Positions 1-12,341 of a stretch of DNA of 64,000 nucleotides are shown one piece after another. The stretch is from positions 3,139,909 to 3,203,908 of the forward strand of contig CM074804.1 of NCBI GenBank assembly GCA_037447605.1. The letters run 5' to 3'. Numbering within the stretch: the first letter of the stretch is position 1; every line of letters starts with the position of its first letter. Source of the stretch: Zygnema circumcarinatum SAG 698-1b (lineage: Eukaryota; Plantae; Zygnematophyceae). The position numbers and the translations under genes are program-made. The notes beneath the pieces were generated by a model. The model saw only the letters and a list, made by a program, of their open reading frames with translations, was not told where the DNA came from and made no database searches.

Positions 1-901
1 ATTCAACAGGTTGGATGGAGTTAGAAACTGAATCGACGAATTTTTAATTGAAGTTGAACCATGGTCCATAAGTGTCCATGAAGCTTTTATGGGAGATTGG
101 GAACATTTGGCTTAAATCACTTATGAGGTCATGCCTTGAATATGGCTCTGAGTAAAGAAATTTTTGACTGGAACAATGCCTAAAGGTTATAAAGTTATGA
201 AGTTGCACCATTATAGCGCACCCTTACATATTGTGAAGTCCATCATTGTCATTGTTCATTTGATTAACAACAAAGAAACAAAGACTTTGACAACATGAAA
301 TTATATCAAAAAACATAAATGAGTCATTTCTCATGTGCTTAGGTATTTTGTCGATGCTTTCCCAAGTGAGCGTTCGAAGGCCTACTCCTAATCGTCCGTT
401 GCTCCTCGCCCTTCACTTCAACAGAAATTGAAGTCCTGTACTTTCACAATTACGACTTTGTTCCTTGAGAGTGCGAGGTGCCGACGAAACATTGGAGAGG
501 AATTTCCTGGACTGGTGATAGATTTCAGAACAAGAAATTTCTAAGCCGGTGAGCATGAGGCAGGGGCCATGCGATATGAGCACGAAGTCACTAATTCCTT
601 TATCAACCATTCACTGAAAAAGAATTCACTATAAGACGATTACTTTGTAACTCTCAATCAGCCGCTGTTAGGTTAAGCCCATCACTACCATCCCTGATGC
701 AGAAAAACGAGAACAGAGTTTTTAAAGCTTCAAAAAGCAAGCTCGGCTAGTTATTCTTCTTGAAAGTTTCATGCCACTCACCTGAATCGAGTCCAAAGGT
801 CCTCTCTACGATGTAGATGAGGAAGGATAGCGACCATTGCATCAGCTGTTCACGAAGGCGCGTAAATGTGCTGTGGACAGAGAGATTCTTCCTTATCCTT
901 A

Positions 902-2900
902 TCAAGAGAGAGAAGGAGAAGGCGTAGTCCCACGCAGTTTTCTATGTCGATCAAGAAAGCATTGTGCTAAGTGGCTGAAGCGAATATTCACATCGCCCGC
1001 CGCAGCAAAAAGCTCCATACACTGAATGACTGCCGGCGTAGCAATATCTATTTGAACCGAACAAATTGGGAGGAAACACAGAGTCAGAGAAGACAAAACA
1101 GGCGACGAAAGGCAGTTTGCAAGCAGAAAGTTACTTCATCTTCTAATGGCCACTCAGAGATTTGAAACTCCTAAAACTGGACTCGGATTAGTTACATGAA
1201 AGCATAACCTTCAAGGAGAAGTGTCAGAAGCATTGTTTACCTTTGAAAGTACGTTCACTGTGCAGGTAGTACAAGGTTGTGATGGACGACAGAACCTGGA
1301 AACCCATACATTACATGGTTACTTACCAAGGAAAACAAAACTGCATACTTTCGATCAAAACCTTATTTCCTGCAGGCCATGAAGAGTGGATTATCCTGCA
1401 AAGTTCGGAGAGAGGGAGGGGGGGGGGGGGGGGGGGGGGNNNNNNNNNNGGGGAGGTAATGACTCACAGTATTTTCAACGGGACTGGACAAACACGCAAC
1501 GATTGATGGTATACCGTCGTTTTCCACAATGATTGCGGCATTCTTTGGATCTGTGGAATGGACAGGAAAATACCATGGAGTTCAGTTTTGTGTCTCGCTG
1601 CTTAACACTCCTTAAATTTGGAAGCCAATACAACCCTGAAAGCCAGGTTAACCCAATTCATCTTCAGCTTTCCTACGCTAAGTATTGGTCGGAAAAGAGA
1701 CACAACTTTTGTTCTTGTAGTTGACCAACATTCAAAATCCAATAGCCACCACACTATGTGCAAGAAGTACGTTTCTGTTTCAAACTTTTAGAACAAACCA
1801 CGCCTTCCTCATCTTACCAGGGCAACAGTTGCAAATGCCTCCCATGCCGAATTCTTGAAGTTTTTCATTTGGCTCCGTTAAACAGTCAATGAAGAGGTCC
1901 AACACATGTAGCTGCCACCACACTCAACCAAATCTTGAAACAGTCAGCTGATGAACTATCAAACGTTCAGTGAATCTGGTCGACTCCAGAACATTGAACG
2001 GTGCTTCAGGTCTATTTCTACTTTGCCACTCTTCTCAATCCTACAAAAAAGGAGTCGGTACACAGACACATTTGTGAGGTGCAAAATATACTACATTTCA
2101 TAAAGGATGCTCTCTCGTTTGAAATTTAAGCCTGAATCCGATCCTTCATAAAGGATCTCTTTGGCGCCTGAACATACAATTTTACATCATTGACAACCTC
2201 CGGAAAGGGACCCTTTGGAAACATCATGCAACGTAAAACAGACTTTAGGTCATCCAAAAGTGCTGAAAGGACCGAAGTGGCTTTTTGCAACTAGCAAAAG
2301 ATGGCTTGTGCATACGAAAGATGCCATTACATGAGGCAGGGGCTACCTTAGACTTACTGTACGCAAATGCTCGTAGTTGATGGGGTCATAAGCAAAGTTG
2401 GCAAGGTTAGCGACTATCTGCTCCTTCGCCTCTGCGAACACTACAGAACTGAGGGTTAGGGGAAAGAGCAGGGATGAGAACGGCGGAGGAGAGAGAAAGA
2501 GTGAGAAAGCATACTTTTCGGAGGCACAGGAAAGATGGGCGGAGATCGCTTCCGATCGCAATGCAAAGAATTTCCTAAATGCAGAACATTACTTTCTGAC
2601 CATAAGAATAGACAAAGGACCAGGTGAACTGCGCACCCTCATCTCGTGTAGTCTGAAACTCTGTCACCAGCTCCTGTTGCTCCGATTAATATCCCCAGAA
2701 AATGCAGCAAAGACCAGTCAAAGGAAAATACAATAAGTAACAATTGGAAGAGTGTATCTTGGTATCTTGATAAAAAAAGGGTGATTGCGATCGAAAAGGA
2801 GCAAAGATGACCGTGAGAATGACTGTACTTGTAGATAATCGAAGCGAGGGGTTCCATAGCGTCCTGTTCGCTCCTTGAGCCGCTGTTCTGTACTGAACAT
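902..2900 (-). CDS. ARMC7: Armadillo repeat-containing protein 7-like (7 exons)
   Basis: Exons at about 2829-2900 ([24 protein letters not shown]), 2637-2673 ([11 protein letters not shown]), 2358-2431 ([25 protein letters not shown]), ~1819-1911 ([30 protein letters not shown]), ~1466-1550 ([24 protein letters not shown]), ~1241-1294 ([11 protein letters not shown]) and 902-~1048. All joins are GT-AG and in frame, and the motifs match ARMC7 as recalled. Confidence 0.9.
1440..1449. other. Assembly gap (10 N) inside a poly-G run, in an ARMC7 intron
   Basis: N characters flanked by a G homopolymer. Confidence 0.95.
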
Positions 2901-3316
2901 CAAGGTCACGGTCCCCCTCTCCTCTCTCCCCTTCCCTCTCCCGCTTGCTCTCCTGACCGGCGACTGTATCTCACTTATCGATACTATTTTCAGATACCAC
3001 TCTGCTCTCCTCGCTTTCTTTCTTACAACCCTAACTGGTACACCAGTACGCACTGTAGAATGAACTTCATGAAGGCTGTACGGGAGATCGTCAGATCGAA
3101 ACTGTACAGTAAGGAAGTAAGGAGTCTTTCATCAAACCTGAAAAGGCGCTTTATGAAAAGGTGACTACCGGTATCTCATCTTACGGATTCTCCCTCCTAC
3201 TGCTGCGCCCTTTTTTCTTTTTTTTACTGTAGCATCATCCCAGCATTTAAATACAGCACAGTGTCCCTCCAGCAGGCCCAGTGTCTGCCATATCCATCTC
3301 TCCCCTTGCAGAGACA

Positions 3317-4289
3317 ATGGCAGTCGGTCAGTTCCTTCGCCGTCGACTCCTCCTTCATCAACAACGGCATTCTTCCTCAGCTATCTTCAAGCGAGCCCTC
3401 TCTCGTCACGCTGGCTCTCAAGGAGACGATGGCAACTTCGCCGGTGAGATTTGATGACAAACTTTTCTTTGTGTCACAGAATTTGTGAGCTTGCCTTCGT
3501 CAGCGAGTGAAGGGTGAACAAAGGACCTTCAAAATGGAGGTGAAAGGACGAGAATGCCTGGAACCATAGCTTTTAGTGAAGAATGCGGTGCGATCTTAGT
3601 ACGAAAGGGTGAAATGGAGTCGAAAACTACATTGAGTAGTCGTAAGTTCTTAACTGTGCAAATCTTAACTTGCAAGTGCTTCAAAATTGACACACCAAAT
3701 TGAGAACTTGCAAACCTCAACTGCTTTTTTTCGATTCTGCTAAAGAACCTTTCCATTTATACACTCGTCAGAAACTCAATTTCCTTCCTCAGCAAGAGGT
3801 GCAATTTCCAACGCCCAGATTAAACAGAATGAAGTTTGAAAATATGTGTACTTAATAGCTCCACCTGGAAATTAATAACTGTAGATTGAGAGACAGAAGC
3901 CCGGGAGGCAGCTGGTGGCAAGTACTTCACTGCCCTCCAATTGCAGTTGAAGCGGCTTTTTAAAAGGAGAGTGGTGTCCCGAAAGAGGACATCACTAGGT
4001 AGGGAGTTTCAGTTTATACTAAAGGCGAATGCGAACAAGCAAGCTCTTTTTATTCTTTTTTTAGGTGGTAGGTGTGAAGTTCGTTGGTATAAACGTTATA
4101 TTGGTCTGATTTTCCTGTTGCACAGCGACAAGAGTACCATACATTGGCGCATACTCGCCTGCCAGCTCTTTTTTTGAGCAAGACTTCGCGAGGCTGTCGT
4201 GTGAGCTCTTCAGTTCCTCCGGAATGGCTGGGCACTTTTATTCGACTTGGGCCCAACCCAAGTCCCCTCCCTTTCGAGAAGCCTCTGAG
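3317..4289 (+). CDS. 5' exons encoding a transit-peptide-like N-terminus plus a carotenoid-cleavage-dioxygenase (CCD/RPE65 family) N-terminal fragment; probably the first exons of the downstream Rieske gene
   Basis: Exon 3317-3443 (MAVGQFLRRRLLLHQQRHSSSAIFKRALSRHAGSQGDDGNFA, donor GTGAG) plus exon 4166-4289 gives GNFA-ALFLSKTSRGCRVSSSVPPEWLGTFIR-LGPNP. These are the CCD GNFAP and RxGPNP motifs at CCD-like spacing. The frame stops at TGA 4291-4293 unless it is spliced at 4289. Confidence 0.55.
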
Positions 4290-4715
4290 GTGATTTTGGC
4301 TTTGCACAGACTTTGGCGCTTCAAAGTGTTCATAGGGTAAGCAAATGAATCAACAGGGATTGAAATTCATTTTTTGCAGTACCGGTGTTATCTAGGCCCT
4401 AGGGCCATTTGCTGTTTTGCAGGGAGTTCGACAGTTGTTTGTTTCAGCAGACAGTTGTTTTTTGTTTTTACAGCAATGCAGAACATGCTCAGATCCCTAA
4501 CTTTTCTGATCAAAGCTTCCAAGACAATAGATAGGATGAGATTCCATTGAAGGCTGACATAGTGACTTCGCTAGGCGTAGCATGCGTTGAACATAAACGT
4601 GACCCCTTCTTTGAGTTATAAATATTTTTTTTTGTTGCGAAGAAGAGTGATTTAGCACGCTTTTAGAGGCTCTTTCAAGCTCTTTACTCAAGTGTTTGCT
4701 TCACAATTCCACCAG

Positions 4716-7700
4716 GTCCCAGTGACAGAAAACTTTCTGGCAGCCCTGGAAGGCAGTCTTCAGCCAGACTTTGACCCCAGGTAACAATCCTGCAGGGGCA
4801 GACACCTCTCCTGGAGATCTGCATACACGCAGATGCGAATAGGGGCTGCAAGATAGGGAGCCGCAAGCGTTGAGAAATTCCCTGCTCCTGCTTGCAGCCG
4901 TCATGGGATTCTGGGCCTTTGAAGCGGTGCAGCCTTTACGATGGAGAGGGATGGCCTCCTCCCCCCGCGGTGTATCTCAACCCTGCGGGTGAGATTCTGT
5001 TTCAAATTGTGGAAGTGCTCTAGTCACTAGAAAGTCCAATTAGTGGTCACTGAGCAAAAGTGTATGGCTAACAATAGTGAGCTCACGATTCACTGTTCAT
5101 TAAAGAGGCTTGTCGCGGATTACTACATGGTGCTTATCGTAGTTTGTGCCGACGTAGACCTGCTACTATGTGGATGTGGATTACAGCGCAGACTCCTCAA
5201 ACTCTCACCTCTAACAAATGCAAGTTATGGCCGGTTCGATGTGTGCTTGCAGTGGCAGAAGCAGAGATGCAGAAAGTGTTTTGGCATTCCTGGCAAGTGG
5301 TAGGCAGCAAAGTGCAAGTGGAGAGCCCCGGGGACTACTTCACTGGGGACATTGGGGCCCTCCGCTTTGTGGTCTGCAGGTGTGCCTCTCCCTCCTCCCC
5401 GCCAATGTGCCGACAAAGGAGCAGCTTCACTTTATGGCTATGGATAGATGCATACTTAGACATTTCACTTTATGGCTATGGATAGATGCATACTTAGAAA
5501 TTTCACTTTATGGCTATGGATAGATGCATACAGTACTTAGAAACTTCGACTTTGACAGTGCAGCCGACGCAGTCCCTTGATTCCGCGATTGGCCGCGCGT
5601 GTGACAGGGATGGCGCGGGCAAGCTGCAGGCTTTCCACAACGTCTGCAGGCACCACGCAGCCGCGGTAGCCAATGGGGAGGGCCGCTGCGACCGCTTCGT
5701 GTGCCCCTATCACGGCTGGACGTACAGCCTCGACGGCCGACTGCAGCGGGCCACTCGCCTGAGCGGCATCAAGGTGGTGCTCGTAGCCGTCCACTGTGCA
5801 CGCATTGACCCCGTCAGAGTAACTGCCACCTGTAGGGCGAGGATTCTACTTCTACAGAGCAATCGCAACACACTGCAGAACTTCTGCTAGCAGTGCGCAT
5901 GGCTGTGTGTCGACGAAGCCAACGAGTAACGACGGGGCTAAGAGTTAGTGTTCAAGTTGACAATCCTCTCACTTTGAAGTGTTTTTTTCGCAGAACTTCT
6001 CCCCTCGTGACTATGGGCTTGTGGCGATCCCGCGAGTTGGCCTTTGCGGCCCCCTCGTTCTCATGCACGTGGAGGCAGTGTTGGGGGGTGCTAAGTCCCC
6101 CGCTCCGCAGGGCGAGGCAGCAAAGCAGTCCGCCGTTGCGAGTGAAGAGGAGATTTGCAAAGAGTGGATGGACGACTATAAGGGGCTTCCGCCCTTTGGT
6201 AATCTCCCTCATGTAAAGCATCTGGCGATGAAGCAATGGGAGGTGGTACGTTCTTACAGACCCATGAAGAGACGCTGTTTAGGGGCTTTCTTTCTTTTTA
6301 GGGGTGGCGGGCTGGCTAATTGACTAAGAGTAAAGATGACTAAGTGCTGACTTCGAGGTCTGTGCTTTCTGGACTTGGGAGAACTGTTGCAGAACTGCAA
6401 CTGGAAGGTGCTTGTGGACTCATTCTTAGGCCTTTCTTACAGCAATACTTCAGCAAGTCAAGTTGCCTCGATCAATTCCATACAGGTCAGACCACTTCTT
6501 TTCCTTCAGTTTTTCCTCCTTTTCCTTTTGTTTTGTTGCATTAGCTCCATCTCTCAGGTGTACTCCAGAGGGTGTCACCCGCACCCTTCAGCAGGCACCT
6601 CCATATGAAACCACTTGACAGTTTTGTCAATGCCCCCCCTGCAGAATGCCCCTCAAATGAGAGTTGTTGAAGCAAGCGGAGCGGCCATTGCTGGCGACAA
6701 AGAGACGTTCAATTTCTCTGGTGCAGCGCATGCCTTCAATTTTCCTAATTTCTTTGCCAGCAGGTGCGCGCTGCTGCCTAACGGAACGGACGCACACCGT
6801 CCTTCACTCGGTCGAGATAAGACTGCGTTTTGCCCGCTTCTGTAATGGAGTTTCTTGCCACGTGGATTGACATGTATGGGCGTTGGTCTCTTTGTCAAGG
6901 ATTCAGCTGGCAAGGTAAAGCAAGGTAGGCATGCATGGAAAGCTTTCTGTGAGGCTTTCAGAGGCCTTCTTATGCCTGGTCCTCTGCACTACAGTCAAAT
7001 TTGTAGATGTTGCAATATTTCTTAGTATGTGGGAGTTAAAAGCAACTGGCGTGTTGGTTTGGTGGAAATGAGGCTGTCTGTTTCAAAGTGATTGAGCATG
7101 TCGTCGGGGAAAGTGGCATACATGGCGGAACAGAAGGGGTTTCCTGTAGTAGCCACGGGTTACCTGCTGAGTTGTATAGTGCGCTTTGCGAGTGCTTCCT
7201 TTTCTGTCAAGAGAAAGGGGGATGGGAGTCGTCAAACATGCGTGGTTCTTGAAGAGAAGAAAAGCAGTCTCTGATTCGCTTACCACCTTTTTCTCCGCAG
7301 ACAGTAATACTGTAAGATATGGGGATTCTATCGAATGCTTGCTATTTGAACACCAGCCTTACAGCCTAGCGGAATTCACAACGGCCAGTCTATGACGATC
7401 ATTGCTTAGCTAGGAAATCCGTCTGCGTGACAATGTTGTGAAGAATGGTTGAGGGGCATTGCAGGTACGGACCCTGGCTTTGTACGAACACCATTCTGCC
7501 AATAGCTGCTGAAGAATCTCTCATTACTCAAAACTGTTATATTGAGGAGACTTGCGCAATTGACTCCAGAGGGCAGTACATAGAAAGATGTCTGGTCGCC
7601 CAGCAGGAGGTACTTGGCTCAAACTTCCAAATGTGCAGGATGCATGGGCCCATGCCAATATCATGAAGCCTATACTTTCTACCTTCCCTAACCTCATGCT

Positions 7701-7914
7701 CAACCGTAAATTCATTACAACTTTTGGAGTTACAGTAGACATGACCATGTGATAGTGCTGTCTCCTGGGACTGACACGTGTGCAGGTGGTCAGTGAACAA
7801 GCGCGTCTGTGTGAGGAGCTGCAACGGCATGTCAACTCAGCAACGTACGCTCCCATCAGAACATGCGCTAACCAAAAGTTTCACCGACAGCTGCGTCAGC
7901 ATTTAAGCAGTTGA
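4716..7914 (+). CDS. Choline monooxygenase-like Rieske protein with intact Rieske cluster motif but no mononuclear Fe ligands; 5' end uncertain (likely ATG 3317)
   Basis: Exons at 4716(or 4667)-4780, 4933-4988 (join reads FDPSLYDGEGWPPPPAVYLNP), 5253-~5379 (VFWHSWQVVG..PGDYFTG), 5608-5773 (AFHNVCRHH..FVCPYHGWTY), 5994-6246, 6393-6485 (NCNWKVLVDSFL..), ~6644-6763 (AFNFPNFFASR), ~7465-7610 (YGPWLCTN) and 7786-7914 (LCEELQRH..FHRQLRQHLSS*). Order and spacing match plant CMO. Confidence 0.88.
5426..5543. repeat. Intronic tandem repeat, 3 x 38 bp (TTCACTTTATGGCTATGGATAGATGCATACTTAGAnAT)
   Basis: Units start at 5426, 5464 and 5502. The third unit has a 4-bp insertion. There are no spacers. Confidence 0.95.
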
Positions 7915-9390
7915 AGCGACGGTTTTGTAGGCAGTGGAACGCCTTGAAGTGAAAGTCAAATCCAGAGTGTATGTATTCGGGGCATATATATCTGTCTTGT
8001 AGTGTATGGTAATGTAATGAAGATATGTGATCGTGAGCAAGTTAGGATCAGACAGCTAATATACGAAAGTGACCATAGGCGCCTGCGCCAGTCCGAGGAC
8101 CACCCCACCGCGTATCTCTCTTCGGGTTCGTCCATGCAGTGAACTGTTAATGTCAGCAGGGACGCAGTACCTGGCACACGAATAACTTGTGGTTTGCCAG
8201 GTCACACATTTAGTCAGCCGGCCAGCACCAGGGGGCTTCGAAGTCGGTTTTTCCTTTAGATGCCAGGCCGGCGCTATTTTGCTGATGCTCGTCTCAGTGA
8301 GGTTTCACATGCGATCAAAATTAGTGACCACACATGCCCCCCTTCGTTCCATAATCTCGCACGGCCAATGCGCAAGTTCTCATAGATCGACATCGGACCT
8401 TCCATTTCGTTCCACTTCCATTTTCATTCCTTTTCCGTTTTTCCTTTCATTTGCCAATGAGCAGGCCCTCATTCGTGAAAAGGGACCCGTAAAAAAAGCA
8501 TGGAACACTGCAGTCTAACTGAGATGAAAGAAAAAACGAAAGAATGAAATGACAGTCAAGAAACTGTTCTGGAAGCAGCGGCCAGAGTTCATATTGTTAC
8601 CCAAGTGCACGCGACACTTGCCTGCCGGCAAGAGCCGCATGTGGCGTATAGCTATTCGTATGTACATGCTACTTATGAATCCACTTACACCCCCCCCGAC
8701 CTCCCGATCCTACCAGCAGAAACACACAAAGGGGACTGGACATTCCCCCCACATCCCCCCAAAAAAACCTTTAAGCATCCAAGTGACCATCTCTCCCCCC
8801 CCACCCTTTGTACCCTTCTCTCCCTGCTTCACCTTCTTCCTGTACAAGCTCGGAGGAGCCGAGACTTACCCTATTCAAGCACTAAAACTGGTGATGCAGA
8901 GTGAGTCTTTTCATACCTCCCGGCATCCATTGGCCTCCTATAGGCTGCTGATTCAATGCAATCCGAATTCTTCTATACATATCAGCCCAAAGAGGATAAT
9001 GTGGGGAAGGAAGCAGACGTCCGAATCACAGGCACTCGGCGTTGGCGGGACATTGCTTCCGTCAGGCGAACCATTTGCACCTTCAGCTGGTTGATTCTCT
9101 GTATTCACAACAACCGTGTAAGCCTATTGAAATTAGAGATGATCTGCGACATGGACCGGCTGGATTCACAGTGACTAGGGCCAACAAATCATACAGCATT
9201 TATCAACCGGTTGGAGGCAGCTGGGTGCCTTCCTTCTGAGTCTCTTCTATGTGCAGAAAAAGGACGGCAGCAACCAAAGGCATGCTCCAAAAAAAATGTC
9301 AGCAAAAAGAAAGCATTTGCCTTCGGTTCAAAGTCACAACACATGAGAGCCAGTTCGTCAACATGGTCATGCCAGGAGACAGACACCTCT

Positions 9391-12341
9391 CTAAGCAGGG
9401 AGGTGTACAGTCCAGTCAACAAGCTCTTTCAATTGTACTGTGGACCTATATGAATGATCGAACTAAGTGGTAAGAATGTAGGGTATGAAAGATGGAGACT
9501 GATGTACAGAAATTATAGCCAGAAAGTGTTTTACCAAGAGCTACATGTCTCTGCATACGTGCAAAACATGTCTACTTGCAGTCGGATCATTGTCTGAAGG
9601 ATGCAACGAGTGGAATGAGTATCAAGTAAGAACTTCAGAAAGGTTTTGTTACACACGAAATTGCACCACCTACGACAAATCGGACGTCAATCTGAGCACA
9701 AATTGGACAATCAGGCAGTTATCAAAAGGTTAGAAACGAAAAAGAACATACCTCCTCACGCTTCCTCAGCAACAAGTGCAACTGCTCGTTCCGACGCCGC
9801 TCCAGCTGCCACCTCTGAGCAAGAAAAACAAGACCTACAACTGCCGCAGCTAGAGCTGTAGCCCAAAGGGCGCCCTGCTGCTCCTCTAGGCCTGCCCAGA
9901 TTCTTCTAACTAACCCTCCTCGCTCACTCCACCAAGTTTCTCCTAGACTAAGGCTGAGCCAGCTTGACCGTTGTAAGCCGCTTCTAGGCCTGTCTTGGTT
10001 CCTGTCACTCTGTGTCCTCTCCTCACCCTCGAGTGAACTATTTTCCCCTTGTACAATTCTGCCTTGAAATCCTTCGGCCAGAGATTCCCTTGGCAGACCC
10101 AAAAGGTTTCCATTTCCCTCCCCACTTCGCGTGCCAATACGGTCAGCGTCACGGGCAACCCTGCTGCTTTCTTGCGGTCCACTTTCAGATCCGAGACTAT
10201 CATCGGAGTCAAGTGATGAAAAGGCGTCATCAGGCGAATCCTCTGCAGGTGGATTCTTTTGCACGTTAGACACGTCGCCAGTTACAGATGGACCAGATTC
10301 TCCTGGTGGAACAAGTGTCCAGCTGTGTGATCCACAATCTCCTCCAGGCGGAAGTCTTTGGGGAATATGGGACGTTGGCCCAAGGAACATGCTGCCAGGT
10401 GGCAGAGATGAAGTAGATAAGTTGCCACCGGTGGACGAGGCAGTGCCCATGAAAGAAACAGTCCCAGCAGGTAGTCTCACTTGCCAACTCTCTCGGCCAA
10501 AAGTCTCGCTCAAATAAGCATTGAAATTCGCCATCCTCTCACTTTCATTACCCAAATAGCTGTGTCCAATTGCGTCAAATGGCTCTGTACTTGACCCTAC
10601 CCATCCAGATACCGCCATAGGATGCACAACATTTGATGAATCGCCCCTGCCTGGCTGCTGGGAATTTCCAGTTGGCAGTGTGCTCAGAGATGAGGTGAAG
10701 GACGACCACATATGTTCAGCGCCAACTGACTGGCCTTCCTGCTGCTGGCCAAAATCACCCAACTGAGCGCTACTCAAGTTGGAAGTGTTGGCAGTAACTC
10801 CAGCAGCCGATACGGCAAGCATGGGTGGGCCAGAAGCAGAAGCAGAACCAGATGCTTGAAGTTCCCGTTGCCACATCACAAACATGGGGCTACTTGCCGG
10901 TGGCGATGCTGCTGACGGCTGGTGTGACTCGGAATCAGCAAGACCTGAAATAGGATGAGCTCCTGCTGAGCTGGACCCTCCTCGACCAGCAACTTCCCCA
11001 ACGAGAGACCCTGCAGGAGTACGTGATGGAGATGGCCAAAGCATCCGAGGCTCGGATGCATCAAAATGCGCTGAATCGACAAGGCTGACTCCAAGACCTC
11101 CAAGTGCAATGACGCTCCTAGAAGGGGACGACACGAAGGAGGATGAAGAGTCGACCCTTAACCCAGCCATTGACGAATTGAGGCTGACCTGCAAGTTGCA
11201 AAGAGTTCGAGATAAAATGAGTATATTGCACGTCGTGCAAGAGAAGAAGGCGAAAGACTTTGTGTATTATTATTCCATCGTCTAGTCAGCCTTAAACTTG
11301 GTTCATTCGCTGAATGAACATCAAAAGGAGAAACGCTCACTTCACATTCAGGCCGACCGCCTAAATCATATTGACAGATAAGGACTAAGGAAGCAAATTT
11401 GGATCGATGCAATTGGCTCCAAGAGTGGGCATTTAGGACGAATGCACTGCACAATGCACTTCTCGACAATGCTCACCTGAGAAAGGCTCAACAATTCCCA
11501 TTCCTGGGAACCCGGCATAGGCTGACCATTTTCAGGTTTGCCAGCTTCAACATCACCCCCATCAATTTTGCTAGACGGAGTTGCACAAGCGTCAGTGGCG
11601 GTTTCCGGCAGTCGCAATGCTGCTGGCGAGGTTGAAGCAATATGTACATTGTCTTCTGTATGAACAGAACTTCCGGCTCCTGCAGGTCCAACAGTGGGCC
11701 AGACTGCTTCAGTTTCAAGTTGTGAGATGATTATGGACCAACTTTATTGTTGGAGACATCAGTAATAGACCAAACATGTTGAACTCAGACGGTCAAACTT
11801 CAAAACGTTGGAGGCTTTACATTAAAAGGATGCGGAACATCCGTAACGAATGGTTTATGAAAATGCAAAGACAACAATGATGATGACATAAAGGATAAAG
11901 ACATCTTGTCCTTGGCAGAACAAACCAATTTGATGAAGAAAAAACTTAACAGCCGTTCAGAGATTCAGAGACGCGGTTCAGCAGTGAAGACAATTGCAAG
12001 TCGCGTCATCTGTGTAGTCTAAAATTGGGCAGAATGCACCTAGTCGCTGGTGATTTTCAGGCTCCAGTTTCGACCCAGCAGGGAAACACAATCAAACTAA
12101 AACAAGCTCTCCAAATAGAGCGAGAGTTCGGACATGACGATCCAATTATTGCAAAAAACACCGGCAAGACTACTGCATATACTACAAGCTGGTCAGCATA
12201 CTACAAGCTCTCCAACCGTCCAACCTCTCAAGCAAAATGCCGTTCACACAAGAAAGATAGCAGCTGAAGCACACCTGCGGGAGCATGTGTCTCGCCAATG
12301 GCTCCATCATTGTTTCCGTCACTTCGTTGGCCTCCCGCCAT
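9391..12341 (-). CDS. ATG8-interacting protein ATI1/ATI2-like selective autophagy receptor (3' end uncertain)
   Basis: ATG at 12341 (MAGGQRSDG.., phase-1 join), then an exon ending at ~11478 containing SQEWELLSLSQ (W-x-x-L AIM). The large exon 9752-11188 is a low-complexity S/G/P region followed by WW..LWATALAAAVVGLVFLAQRWQLER, a single TM segment typical of ATI proteins. The last two small exons (to stop 9391) are tentative. A non-coding exon lies upstream with a donor at ~12647. Confidence 0.75.

Noticed and set aside
1416-1452. Long poly-G tract as a G-quadruplex element
   Set aside because: It surrounds an N gap, so its length and sequence are unreliable.
4423-4576. In-frame TAG (4532-4534) in a CCD-like segment as evidence of stop-codon reassignment or readthrough
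   Set aside because: TAG is the ordinary terminator of AHA, HIR, IMP2 and probably POLK in this window. A skipped or decayed exon is simpler.
5426-5543. 38-bp repeats as a CRISPR array
   Set aside because: The units are directly adjacent with no unique spacers, the context is a eukaryotic intron, and no cas genes are present.
6558-6644. In-frame TGA (6606-6608) between two Rieske-gene ORFs as selenocysteine
   Set aside because: The segment lies in an intron bounded by a GT donor (6486) and a CTGCAG acceptor (~6643), and the upstream exon already supplies the homologous residues. No SECIS was recognised.
8549-9094. 181-aa ORF in the region between the Rieske and ATI-like genes
   Set aside because: It has an alternative start, low-complexity C-rich tracts, and no identifiable domain.
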